NCBI GenBank assembly: GCA_030390025.1
Contig: CM059431.1
Span: 147,810,001 to 147,874,000 of the forward strand
From: Squalus acanthias
Lineage: Eukaryota
DNA length: 64,000 nt
Direction: 5' to 3'
The notes under the pieces are model-generated. The model worked only from the letters and a program-made list of their open reading frames with translations, ran no database searches and was not told where the DNA came from. The position numbers and the translations under genes were made by a program. Positions 50,470 to 62,924 of this stretch are shown here, in pieces. Numbering within the stretch: the stretch's first letter is position 1; each line of letters begins with the position of its first letter.

Positions 50470-51000
50470 ATAGAATCATAGAAACTCACAGCACAGGAGG
50501 AGGACATTCGGCCCGTCGTGCCTGTGCTGGCTTAGAAAGAGCTGCCGTGCTCAGTCCCACCCCCACCCCCCGCTTTTTGTCAGTAACCCTGGAAGTTCCT
50601 CATCCTGAAGTACCTGTCCAATTCCCTTTAAAATTATTTATGGAATCAACTTCCACCATCTTTTCTGGTAGGGCATTTCAGATCCCGACAACCCTCTGAA
50701 TGAAAAGAAATGTCAGGTGATTGGCAGAAGAATCAAAGGCGACATGAGCAAAATCTTCTTTGCACAGCGAATATTTGTGATCTGGAATGCCCTGCCTGAA
50801 AGGGTGGTGGAGGCAGACTCAATCGTGGCTTTCAAAAGGGAGTTGGATAATTACTTGAAGGAAAATAAATGCATGGCTAGGGGGAAAGGGCGGGGGAGTG
50901 GGACTAGCTGAAGTGCTCTTGCAGAGAGCAGGCACGGGCTCGACGGGCCAAATGGCCTCCTTCTGTGCTGTAACCATTCTATGATTCTATGATTCTAAAT
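50470..51000. mobile_element. Two CR1 3' fragments in opposite orientation
   Basis: A minus-strand tail at 50470-50710 and a plus-strand tail at 50715-50998 ending (attctatg)n. Confidence 0.75.
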
Positions 51001-53500
51001 CACCTCACCCATCCTCTTTTGCCAGTGATTTTTAATCTATAACCTCTGGTTATTGAACCTCTCGGCAGAGGGAATATTTTTTTTCTCTGTCTACTGTATC
51101 AAAATCTTTCATCATCCTGAAACACTCGATTAGCTCACCTCTTAACCTTCTCTGTTCCAAGGAGAACAGTCCTAACTTTTCCAAACACTCCTCATAACTG
51201 AAGTCCCTCATCCCTTGTAACGGAAGATGTTTTAGCAATTTTGAAGAACCTGAGGGTCGATAAGTCCCCTGGGCCAGATGGGATATATCCTAGGATTCTT
51301 TGGGAGGCAAGGGAGGAGATTGCGGAGCCTTTGGCTTTGATCTTTGCGTCCTCACTGTCCACGGGGATGGTGCCAGAGGACTGGAGAGTGGCGAATGTTG
51401 TTCCTCTCTTCAAGAAAGGAAATAGGAATGACCCTGGTAATTATAGGCCGGTTAGTCTTACTTCGGTGGTTGGTAAGATAATGGAAAAGGTCCTGATGGA
51501 TAGGATTTATGACCATTTGGAAAGAGGCAACTTAATCAGGGATAGTCAACACGGATTCGTGAAGGGTAAGTCTTGCCTAACAAATTTGATTGAATTCTTT
51601 GAGGAGGTAACTAAGTGTGTAGATGAAGGTAGAGCAGTTGATGTCGTATACATGGATTTTAGTAAGGCGTTTGATAAGGTTCCCCATGGTCGGCTCATGA
51701 AGAAAGTAAGGAGTTGTGGAATAGAGGGAAATTTGGCTGATTGGATAAGTAACTGGCTATCTCATAGAAGGCAGAGGGTGGTGGTGGATGGAAAATTTTC
51801 GGACTGGAGACCAGTTACCAGCGGTGTGCCACAGGGGTCGGTGCTGGGTCCTCTGCTGTTTGTGATTTTTATCAATGACTTGGAGGAGGGGACTGAAGGG
51901 TAGATCAGTAAATTTGCTGATGACACCAAGATTGGTGGAGTAGTGGATGAGGTGGAGGGCTGTTGTAGGCTGCAAAGAGACATTGATAGGATGCAGAGAT
52001 GGGCCGAAAAATGGCAGATGGAATTTAACCCTGATAAGTGCGAGGTGATTCATTTTGGTAGGGCAAATTTGAATAAGGATTACAGGGTCAACGGCAGGAT
52101 TCTGAGGAACGTGGAGGAACAGATGGATCTGGGGGTTCATATCCACAGATCTCTGAAGGTTGCCACTCAAGTGGATAGAGCAGTAAAGAAGGCCTATAGT
52201 GTGTTAGCGTTTATTAACAAGGGGTTTGAGTTTAAGAACCGTGAGGTTATGCTACAACTGTACAGGACCTTGGTGAGACCACATTTGGAATATTGTGTGC
52301 AGTTCTGGTCACCTCACTATAGGAAGGACGTGGAAGCATTGGAAAGAGTGCAAAGGAGATTTACCAGGATGCTGCCTGGTTTGTGGGGGAGGTCTTATGA
52401 GGAAAGATTGAAGGAGTTGGGGCTTTTCTCTTTCGAGCAGAGGAGGATGAGAGGCGACTTAATAGAGGTTTATAAGATGATGAGGGGGATAGATAGAGTG
52501 GATGTTCAGAGACTATTTCCTCGGGTGGAGGTAGCTGTTACAAGGGGGCATAACTATAAGGTGCTTGGGGGGAGATATAGAAGGGATGTCCGAGGTAGAT
52601 TCTTTACTCAGAGAGTGGTTGGGGTGTGGAATGGACTGCCTGCTGTGATAGTGGAGTCGGACACTTTAGGAACTTTCAAGCGGATATTGGATAAGCACAT
52701 GGAGCACACCAGAATGATAGGGAGTGGGATAGCTTGATCTTGGTTTCGGACAATGCTCGGCACAACATCGAGGGCCGAAGGGCCTGTAATGTGCTGTACT
52801 GTTCTATGTTCTATGTTCTATCCTGGTAAACCTCCCCTGTAGCCTTTCTCAGGCCTTTACATCTTTCCTGAAGTGTGGTGCCCAGAATTGTTCACAATAC
52901 TCCAGCTGAGGCCTACCCAGTGATTTATAAAGTCCGAGCATGATCTCCTTGCTTTTATATTCTATGCCTCTATTTATGAACCCATGTAACCCATTAGTTT
53001 TTTAAGCACATTATCAAATTGCCCTGCCACCATTAAGGATTTGTGTATTAGAATACCAAGGCCTCGCTGCTCATCTTCACTTTTCAAAATCGTTCCATTT
53101 ATAGTATACTTTCTTTCCATTTTAGTCCTCCCAAAGTGCATCACTTCGCAGTTCTCCACATTGAACTCTATCTGCCATGATTCAGCCCATTTCACCATCA
53201 TGCCTATGTCATCCTGAAGTCTACAACTATGCTATTCACTATCTGCTACGTTGCCGAGATTGGTAACAGGAGCAAACTGGATAGTGCTGCCCCTAAACCG
53301 AGTCTAGGTCGATTATAAATGTTGCAAAGAGTAATTGAATAAAAACTGACCCTTGGGAACACCACTGCAAACCTCTTCCCCGTCTGATTAACATCCGTCC
53401 AACAACACTGTTTGCTTCCTGTCACTGAGCCAATTGCGTATCCATAGCATCATTTTACCCTTAATTCCATGGACTTCCGTCTTCTTCACATGTCTCCTAT
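51000..53500 (-). mobile_element. Older CR1 fragment split by a younger CR1
   Basis: Minus-strand RT C-terminal sequence at 51000-51215 and 52822-53500. Confidence 0.75.
51221..52820 (+). mobile_element. Young 5'-truncated CR1 LINE
   Basis: 51241-52737 is one frame broken only by TAG at 51901-51903; full RT motifs; (gttctat)n tail. Confidence 0.93.
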
Positions 53501-53530
53501 GCGGGTCTGATGCGTGTATATAAAGTTAAT

Positions 53531-54291
53531 GAGCTAAAAATTCGGCCCTTCCCGGGTGAGTACGCGCTCTGTACTCACCCGTATTACTTCCCGAAGTGCC
53601 GGTTTCCTGCATGCACTGCGCATGCGCGGGAAAACTGAACTTCCGGTATGGTGAAGGGGGCGGTTCCTAGGTGAACAGCGTGCGCTCCAGAGGCTGCACG
53701 CGTGCAGCACAATTTGATTTATTTTCAGGTTTCTACGCAAGGGTTAGTATTGAAGATACTACGCTAAAGAAAAGGAGGCGCAAGGCCCGTTTTGAACAAG
53801 GTAAGTGGTTAATTAAGTATAATTTTAATTTTTTTTCAACAGGTTTATCTTTTTTAGATACTTTAAAGAAAGGTAAGTTTATTTTTATAACTTTTAAAAG
53901 TATTTAAATTTTTTCAAAAATGTAAATTTTTGTTTAAAGTGGTTAATTTATTTAACTATAGTTATTTTATAAATGTGATGGCTTTTTAAAATTTATTTTA
54001 AGTTTAGCTGTTCTTTTGGGGCCGATTTCAATTCACAGATTTGACAGGTCTCCTGTCAAATCTATGAATGAAAGATGGTCTGCTGCCATTGCCTCTCCAT
54101 GGCACACGTGATCCCAGGGGACACATCGCACTAACTGCGCCCCTGGAACACGCAAGCACTGCGCGCCGGCAGTTGGGAGAGGCCCAGGACCCAAAGTTCC
54201 CGTGGGCCAAAAACACAACGGCAGTCGTGGTGGGTAAGATCGCGCACGATCCTTACCCCTGCAGCAAACCGGAGAAGCGAATTTCTGGGCC
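53531..54291. mobile_element. TIR element (MITE) copy 3, diverged subfamily
   Basis: Degenerate TIRs gagctaaaaatt/aatttctgggcc, AAT/AGT flanks, and an interior colinear with copies 1 and 2. Confidence 0.85.
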
Positions 54292-55126
54292 AGTGTTTAC
54301 GTGATGAGTGTGATGCTTTATATGTGTGCCAGTTTAAAGTTTATTTTGTTAATAGGAGATATCCGGCATAAAAATATAAATATATATTGCTGCATCAGTG
54401 ATACTTCTAACTGTATTTGGGTATATTTGTGTACTAGTTATACATATATTTGTGTGTATCTGTGTTTTATTTATCATTGTATTTGTGTGTGTCTGTGTTA
54501 TGTATACATGTATTTGTGTGTAATTTAAAAGTACCATATTGAGAAATAAATACTTACAAAATTCATTTGAAATGAAGACAGATACCCCACCCCCCCCCAA
54601 TCAATGGATCAATATCCCAGATACAGGGAAATACATTTGTTAGCAGCAGAATCATGAAAGGTATTTACATATAAAACAAATCAAAAATAATTTTGTACCC
54701 AAAACGGATAAACTCAATTGTATTTAAGATTATCGCATTCCTTTCCTTCCGTTTTCTCCGGTGGGCTGGCAGTTTGGATTTCGATGCTTTTCGCGCCGGG
54801 CATCTGGGTTTATCAGGAAAAGCAGAAATAAAATTGAAGCTTTTAATAAAATTACTTGATGCATCTAATGTGAGAAAGAATTGTTTTAATCACCATTAAT
54901 GAACTGATGACCTTCTTTAGCAGAATGAAAGAAATGCTGACTAACCAAGAGTCGATACTTCAATATGTTTTCTGTGATGAACTGTGACCCACATTTCATT
55001 TCACACATTGAAGTCTGGTTTAAAATGTTCATTGCTTCTGAAACTAGGAATCTGGTGTAACTTTTGTTGAACTTAACGGGACCGGTTATTTCCCGGAAAA
55101 AATAAATTCTCTGACACAATGTTCCC

Positions 55127-55190
55127 GCCAGCTTTAGCTCAGCGGTTACTTCACAGCACCAACTTCATCGGGAGTTCGAATCTGTCTCAC
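55127..55190 (+). pseudogene. tRNA-derived remnant (A and B box)
   Basis: TAGCTCAGCGG ... GAGTTCGAATC without a recognisable anticodon arm. Confidence 0.4.
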
Positions 55191-55894
55191 CGCGGGCGCT
55201 GCCTGGCGCTTTATTGTTATTTTCAATCAGCACCTTTTACAAGGAACACATTGTAACCGTGATTTTAAATGTTCACTGGGTTATTTTTAGAAGCCACCTT
55301 TAAATTATTCAAATCCGACTCCTATCTTGTGTCATTCCGGCCATTTCAGCCGCCGTGTTGAAAATAAAACAAATCCTTCGACTTTTCGCATTTTCAATCG
55401 AAATGCCAAAAAATAATTTCCAAATACTGAGTAAAATGTTTGGAAGGAGGTGCAGCTAACAAGCGGAAGATCTGATTGTGTTATTGATGATTGAGCGGAA
55501 GGCATTGCACCTTCAAGGCTTTTCGATTTCCTGAAACCCCTTGGAATTCAGCCGAGCCCGGTACATGGCTTGTGAAATAAGCTGAGGCACCAGGTCGAAG
55601 CCAACATCCGCCTTCCTGCAATAAGAGTCATCGAGAAGCGATCGCGACATTCGCGGATAGCTCAGTCTTAAAAGTGTGACGTTCTAGTCAAGCCCCTGTC
55701 CGAACAAAGCTGGCCAGAGTCACAGATTTCCAGCATCCACAGTATTTTGATTTTGTGTCACTGTGGATCAGTTTACACTGACTTAACGTTCCCTGTTTAG
55801 AAAAGTGAAAGAACGAGCTTTTAAAGAACGAGGCAGCGGTCACTGCCGCCCAGTTTGACCAGAGAATAAACTCGGCCTTGTTTGTTCATCCGCA

Positions 55895-56800
55895 GCAAAA
55901 TGCTGGAAATCTGAACTCAAAACAAATAGTGCTGGAAACACGCAACAAGTCAGGCAGAATCTGTGGAGAGAGAAACAGAGTTAATGTTTCAAGTCGGTGA
56001 GATTTTTCACAACTGGAAGAATTTAGAGATTTAATAGTTTATAAGCAAGTACAGTGACAATTAAGACTTCACCTGGCGAAGGAGCAGCGCACCGAAAGCT
56101 TGTGATTTCAATTAAAGCTGTTGGACTATAACCTGGTGTTGTGCGACTTCTCAAATTAATTGTGGGTGGTGAGGAGGAAAGTATAAACGGTGTTGTGATA
56201 GGATGGAGGGCAGGATATATTAAATGATAAAATGGATGATGGTGCAAGACAAATGAGGTTAACACTAGGACAAGTAAGACATTAATGGGACGAGTAAAGA
56301 AACAAGAGACAAGTCCAGAGGAGATATAAATGACAACAACAGAACCATTTGCAGCACGTGCTGTCCAGGACAATGGGAGCCGTGATGACGATCTGAAGAT
56401 GTTGAACTCAGTGTTGTGTCTGGAAGGTTGTAAATGGCCTAATCGACAGATGAAGGGCTGTTTCTCGAGCTTCCGTTTGAAATACATTGGATCAGTGTAG
56501 GTGGCTGAAGGAGGACAAAGAGGGAGTGAGCAGAGTGGGTGTGGGATGGAAATTTAAAGTGGCAAGCGACCGGAAGCTCAGGGTCAAGCTTGCGGACTGA
56601 ATGGAGGTGTTCAGACAAGCAATCGCCCAATCTGTTTGGTCTCCCCAGTGTAGAGGAGACGGCATTGGGAACAGCCAATACAATATAATAAGTTGGAAGT
56701 ATTACAAGTAAATCGCAGTTTCACCTGGAAAGTGTGTTTGGGGCCCTGGACGTTGTGAAGGAGGGAGGTAAAAGGGCAGTTTTCTTCTCTGCTGTGACTG
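55895..56800 (-). mobile_element. Penelope family B 3' fragment with a nested family A tail (about 56060-56155, plus strand)
   Basis: Decayed GIY-YIG region; the insert ttcacctggcgaaggagcagcgcaccgaaagcttgtga..gttggactataacctggtgttgtg is flanked by aattaa. Confidence 0.8.
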
Positions 56801-57419
56801 CATGGAAATCAGCCGCAATGATGTTCATAACAACAGAATAATTCGGAGCAGGAGAGGACATACAGCCCCCGAGCCTGCTCCACCATTCAATAAGATCATG
56901 GCTGGTCTTCGACCTCAAGTCTACATTCCAGCCCTATCCCCATAGCCTTGATGCTCTCATATCCAAAAATCTATGCATCTCCGCCCTGAACATACCCAAG
57001 ACGGAGATCGACAGATTCAATTCAAGTTTTATTCATTTTAATCTGGAAAATTTACAGTGCAACCGCATACGAATTGCAAATTCACCCGTGAGCCGCTCGG
57101 CAATCAAATAAACTGAACTTTATTCTGGCCGAAAGTCACCACTTGAAATCGAGGCTTTCTCCGACACGTAATTCTTAATGTCATAGTTGGCGGACTAAGA
57201 GGTAAAACGGGCCTCTGCTTCACTGAAAGTGCAAGAGACAACTGTGTAGATGCCGCATAGTGTTACAGACCATTACGCTGCTCCATTTTTGGCGTCTTAT
57301 TTTCAGCTAACGGGAAAATTACTGACAAATAGGATGGCGAGTAACAACTCGAGATCACAATCCTCTTTCCAACTGGGGTACTGATCCAACATATAGGCAT
57401 TTGGGGGCAATGGTGAGTT

Positions 57420-58030
57420 TGGTTCTCAGATATAACTGGAAAAACAGAGAAGTTATGTTAAACTCATATAGAACCTTGTTTACACGACACTTGGAGTACT
57501 GTGAACAGTTCAGGTCTCCGTATTATAAAAAGGAAATAGAGGAACTGGAGAAGGTGAAAAAAGGATTGACTAGAATGATGCCGGAGCTCAGAGGTTATAC
57601 CTATCAGGAAAGATTGAACAGGCTGGGGCACCTTTCTATTGAAAACAGAAGACTGAGTGGTGACCCGATAGAAGTATTTAAGATGATAAAAGCGTTTGAT
57701 AGATGTAGAGAAGATGTTTTCACTTGCGGGAGAAACCAGAACGAGGGGCCATAAATATCAGGTAGTCACTAATAAATCCAATAGTTAATTCAGGAGAAAT
57801 GTATTTACCCAGAGAGTGCTTAGAATGTGAAACTTGCTACCACAAGCATTAATTGTGGCGAATAGCATAGACGCATTTAAGGGGAATCCAGATAAACACA
57901 CGAGGGAGAAAGTAGTAGAAGGATATGCTGATGGGGTTAGATGAAGGAGAGTGGGAGGAGGCTCATGTGGAGAATAAAAACACGTTAATGGACCTGTTGG
58001 GCTGAATGGCCTGTTTCCCTGCTGCAAATA
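57420..58030 (+). mobile_element. CR1 3' fragment
   Basis: KNREVMLNSYRTLFTRHLEYCEQF..; CR1 3' UTR. Confidence 0.82.
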
Positions 58031-58719
58031 CTGTGTAAATACTGTGTAATACAGCACAGATATTCCCCCGTGCACACTTCATCTACTTGTACTATTTTTT
58101 AAGTGGTTCTGGGCATCATCTGTCCAAATATTTGCCGCCGGTTCGCTGCTGGCAAAGACCAATTTCACTCAACGATCTTCTGAGGCGGAGATGAGAGTGC
58201 TGGAACTGATTCCAAGCTAGTCTGAACCGGACATCTGTTCCTGTATTGTTGTGTGGGTTCTTTGGTAATATCCTACTTTTTTCTATTCCAAGTTATGAAA
58301 GTTCTGACCCTCAGTTTTTGCATAAAATGATCACAAATCTTCAATGACCGACACTCAAAATTTTCTCAGTTTCCACAACCACTTTCTCCAAAAATTGTTC
58401 TAAATGCCATAAAAATATCCAATCCCCTTTTATATTAATGGTAATTATAATCAAAAATCTTCGCTCTTGATTAATCGAATCACATTCCAGGTGGAGTGGG
58501 TCTTTATCAATGCTTTGGTTGAAGGCTTGACGTGAGGAAGATTATTTAAGCTTTTGCGGCACTGACAATTAACATTTAAACTTCAGTAATATTGAGCACA
58601 TGAAGTTGGTGTAAGTGTTCGGTTGGGACGCGGGGGCCGACTGATTCTGCGACGGATTATTAATTAATTGTGTGAAGTTCGCGTGGATTTGAATTTCGCC
58701 CTAACTCGCAACCACTCCC

Positions 58720-59145
58720 GTTCACAACTATGCTCGCTGACCTACAGTGGCTCCCGGTTCGCCAACGCCTCGATATTAAAATTGTCATCATTGTTTTCAA
58801 ATTCTTCCATGGGCTCGCCTCTCCCTATCTCTGATAATCTCGCCCAGCCCTACAACAAAACGAGATTGAGGCGCTCCTCTAATTCTGGCCTCTTGTGCAT
58901 CCCCGATTTTAATCACTCCACCATTGGTGGCGTTGCCTTCATTTTGCCAAGGCCCTAAGCTCCGTAATTCCCTCTCTAAACTTCTCCGCCTCCCTACCTC
59001 TCTTTCCTCCTTTAAGCCGCTCCTTAAAACCTATGTGTTTGACGAAGCTTTCGGTCATCTGCCCTAACATCTCCTTATGTGATGCACTTTGGGACATTTT
59101 ACTACATTAGAGGCGCTATATGAATACTAGTTGTTATTGTAGTTA
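58720..59145 (+). mobile_element. L2-clade LINE 3' fragment
   Basis: LADLQWLPV..RLDIKIVIIVFK-type tail ending ..aggcgctatatgaat..gttgttattgt. Confidence 0.7.
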
Positions 59146-59509
59146 GAAACATAGGAGGAGGCAATTCAGCCCCTCGAGCCTGTTCCGCCATTTACTTAGT
59201 TCACGCCTGATCTGTATCTTAACACCACCCACCTGCCTACTTTCCATTATCATATTTGCCTTTTATTTAACTTTGATATATACAAGTTTTAGAATAACAT
59301 TGAATTCGTTTAAATTCTGCACCATTTTCGCGATTATTACCGAAAATCCCATCGAGCTCTAGAATGGCTTTTTCTGCTTACACATTCAGCGTCCTGGATG
59401 CTGTGAGTGTTCCAGAGTGTGAGGTCACGGTTGCTGCCATTGAGACAACGATAGGAACATGGGAGAGGTGGGAAATCGCGGGTCGAGGCTGCTGTCAGTG
59501 ATCGGACAC

Positions 59510-60105
59510 AGAATCATTGAATCACACAGCAGAGTAGGAGGCCATTGGGCCCACCGTGCCTGTGCCGACTCTTTGAAATAGTTATCCAATTATTCCCACT
59601 CCCCTGCACTTTCCCCATAGCCCTGCAATGCTTTTCGTTTAACTTCCTTTTTAAAGTTACTATTGAATCTACTTTCTCCGCCCTCTCAAGCAGTGCATTC
59701 CAGATCGTAACAGCTCGCTGAGTAAAACAAAGGCTGGAAGGGAGACCGCACCGATTGCAGGAGAGCTGGTTTGCGGTGGCATGGATGTGTCTGCAGTGTG
59801 CTGGACCAGACAGTCTCTGTGTGTCCATAATGTATGTGCCATTCTTTAATTTGGAAATGTAAAACTGGTACACCACCTCCCCGCCACGGCTTTTTTTTAA
59901 CCAATTATCTTAAATCAGTGTCCTTTGGGTAACGACCCACTTGTCAGTGGAAAAAGTTTCTCCCTCTCTGCTCTATTACCCCGCCCCATCTCCCGCTTAA
60001 TTTGGAACACCTCTATTAAATCTCTGCTTCACCTTCTTTGCTCTAAGGAGAACAATCCCAGCTTCTATAGTCTCTCCACATCATTGAATTCCCTCATCCC
60101 TGGAC
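59510..60105 (-). mobile_element. CR1 3' fragment containing a 140-bp foreign insert
   Basis: CR1 tail at 59510-59727 and 59875-60105; the insert is also present at 60438-60578. Confidence 0.75.
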
Positions 60106-60639
60106 ATGATGCAAGGCGGAGGATTCGAAAATATTGCCAGTTGGGACCGGGAAAATTGACAGGATCCAAAAACATAAAAACAGTAACCAGCTTTGGGAAT
60201 CTTTAGATGCGCTTCAGGAAACGGAATCAGAGGAGAATGAAGGGCGAACCGCCCGATTGACCAGAGGCGGTTAAGACACCGGTACCTGGTTTCAGACGCT
60301 GGAATATTTACTCTGATGTTATCGATGACATTAACTGCTCTGAAACATTTAAAGGATTCTCGTTACTGCAGATCAGGAAATCAAACGCAACATTCGGTTC
60401 GGGACAATCAGAGTAATTCGGAACAAACAAGGCACCGAAAGGCTGGAAGGGAGACTGCACCGGTTGCAAGAGAGCTGGTTTGCGGTGACATGGCTGTGTC
60501 TGCAGTGTGCGGGACCAGACAGTCTCTGTGTGTTTACAATGATTGTCCTATTCTACAATTTGGAAATGCAAAACTGATAGTGAGAAATTGCTATTCCGGT
60601 CACAGCAATCTGAAACTTAAACTCGATGACACCCTAGTT

Positions 60640-61555
60640 TAGTGTGAGAAGTCTCACAACACCTGGTTATAGTCCAACAGCTTTATTTGAAATCACAAGC
60701 TTTCGGAGCGCTGCTCCTTCATCAGGTGAAGTGAAGAGATTCATATAGGCACAGCTAATATAGTCAGAGAACACTGCAAGATGATTACATTTAATCTTTC
60801 TAACTGCCCTTTATCACACCTTGGCAGAGAGATAATCACGGCAATCAAAGATGTGCATGGTGTCCAAACAGGTCAGTCAGGAAAACATTACGTCAAAGAA
60901 AATTGGTGGGGTCACAAGGGGTCAATGTGTCAGATGATGGGGTCTGTATGGAAAACACAAAATCTTTTTTTGCTGGAAATCACACCGGGCCCGGCCGCAT
61001 CTGTGTAGAGAGAAAAAGCCAACGACGACTCGAGTCTGGAAGACTCTACGTCAGGTGGGGTTCAATGTAGCGTGACATGAACCCAAGATCACAATTGAGG
61101 CCGTCCTCATGGGTGCGCAACTTGGCTTTCAGTTTCTGCTCGACGATTTTGCGTTGTCGTGTGTCTCGAAGGCCACCTTGCAGAACGCTTATCCGAAGAT
61201 CGGAGGCTGAATGTCCTTGACTGCTGAAGTGTTCCCCGACTGGGAGGGAACACTCCTGCTTGGCGATTGTTGTGCTGTGTCTGTTCATACGTGGTCGCAG
61301 TGTCTACATGGTCTCGCCGATGTACCATGCTACAGTGCATCCTTTCCTGCAACGTATGAGGTAGACAACGTTGGCCGAGTCACATGAGTATGTACCATGT
61401 TCCTGGTGGGTAGTGTCCTCACGTGTGATGATGGTATCTGTGTTGATGATCTGGCATGTCTTGCAGAGGTTGCCATGGCAGGTTTGTGTGGTGTCGTGGT
61501 CGCTGTTCTCCTGAAAGCTGGGTAATTTGCTGCGAACGATGGTCTGTTTGAGGAA
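60640..61555 (-). mobile_element. Penelope family A 3' fragment (GIY-YIG end and tail)
   Basis: VGEHFSSQGHSASDLR..THEDGLN matches 9784-10173; tail gttggactataaccaggtgttgtg. Confidence 0.9.
60693..60729 (-). ncRNA. Intact minimal hammerhead ribozyme motif in the Penelope A tail
   Basis: tcac-CTGATGA-a-ggagc-agc-gctcc-GAAA-gc-TT-gtga: full core with stems I and II paired. Confidence 0.8.
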
Positions 61556-62075
61556 CCAGTCTGGTGAACCTTCGTTGCGCTCCCTCTATGGCAAGTATAT
61601 CCTTCTTTATGTAAGGAGAGCAAAACTGTACACAATACTCGAGGTGTGGTCTCACCAGGGCTCTATATAAGTGCAGTCAGGCGTCCTTACTTTTTACTCC
61701 AATCCTTTTATAATAAAGGCCGACATACCATTTGCTTTCCTAATTGCTTGCTTTACCTGTATGTTAACTTTCAGTGATTTGTGTGCGAGGACACCCAGGT
61801 CCCACTGAAGATCAACATTTACCAAGCAGGCAACATTTAAAACATACTCTGCTTTTCTATTTTTTCCTACCAAAGTGGATAACTTCACATTTCTCCACAT
61901 AATATTCAATTTGCCATATTCTTGCCCACTCACTTATTCTGTCCATATCCCCTTGAAGCCTTCTTGTATCCTGCTCACAACTTACATTCCTGCTCAGCTT
62001 CCGAGGCCAATGTATTTCCTTAAATCGGTGCCGTGTCCAGAACTGCACAGAGTACTCCAGAGGTACTAACAAGTA
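61556..62075 (-). mobile_element. CR1 fragments
   Basis: [10 protein letters not shown] and LQGDMDRISEWARIWQ..KCEVIHFG. Confidence 0.8.
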
Positions 62076-62695
62076 TAGTTGTAGCAAAACTTTCTCCCCT
62101 TTGTATAACTGCCTTTTTAACAGATTATACAGCTAGTGTAATTGGTTTGTATATACCGACTCGGCAAAATAAGGACTCGTTTGATCAGAATAAACTCATT
62201 AAAAAATTCGATTTTAAATCAATTCCACAATTAAATAATTTTATAATTTTTTTTTCAAAACTGTATATAAATCCTGAGTTAGACTGTCATTGAAACAGGG
62301 GAAATTCGTCAATCACCACACACTGTGCATCGACACTGCAGAGGCTCCAGCACCTCTTTCAATATTGTCTTTCCAAACACTCAGTTTTTCAAAATTAAAT
62401 TGGATAATTACTTGAAAGGGAAAAAGGTGCAGGGCAATGGGAAAAGAGCAGGGAAGTGGAATTAACTCGAGAGCTCTTTCAACGAGCCGCCACAGGCAGG
62501 ATGGGTGAATAGCCTCCTTCTGTGCTGTGTCAATCTATGATTCTACTAATAGCTAAATTTCTGCCATTCTCTACAGCGTTCCTAAACAGAGCACCGTAAT
62601 TCTATTTCTGTAAAACAAGGTACTGAAGTACAGCACGGCTGCCCAGTTTAACGATAGCACTCTGGTTACCTTCCTAATATCATTCGTGCCATAGT

Positions 62696-62769
62696 ATTTC
62701 CGTAGTGTAGTAGTTATCACGTTCGCCAAACACGCGTAAAATTCCCCAGTCCGGTACTGGACGACGACG
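62696..62769 (+). tRNA. tRNA-Val(AAC) pseudogene
   Basis: ATTTCCGTAGTGTAGTAGTTATCACGTTCGCCAAACACGCG matches the 5' half of vertebrate tRNA-Val; the T arm, B box and acceptor stem are degraded; TTTT follows. Confidence 0.8.
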
Positions 62770-62924
62770 TTTTGAGAACTTGTTCAATTAAATATTAGGA
62801 AAACAGAATAATTTACATTTGTATTTAGATATTAACAAAATACAATATCTCACTGCTGTGTTACATTTGCTGTTTCTATGTACGGTTCTGTACACTTTCA
62901 AACTCGACAGTGTCTCTGTATGTA

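Noticed and set aside
58620..58705. Possible additional tRNA remnant (cgcgtggatttgaatttcgcc)
   Set aside because: Only a vague B-box-like similarity; no cloverleaf could be drawn.
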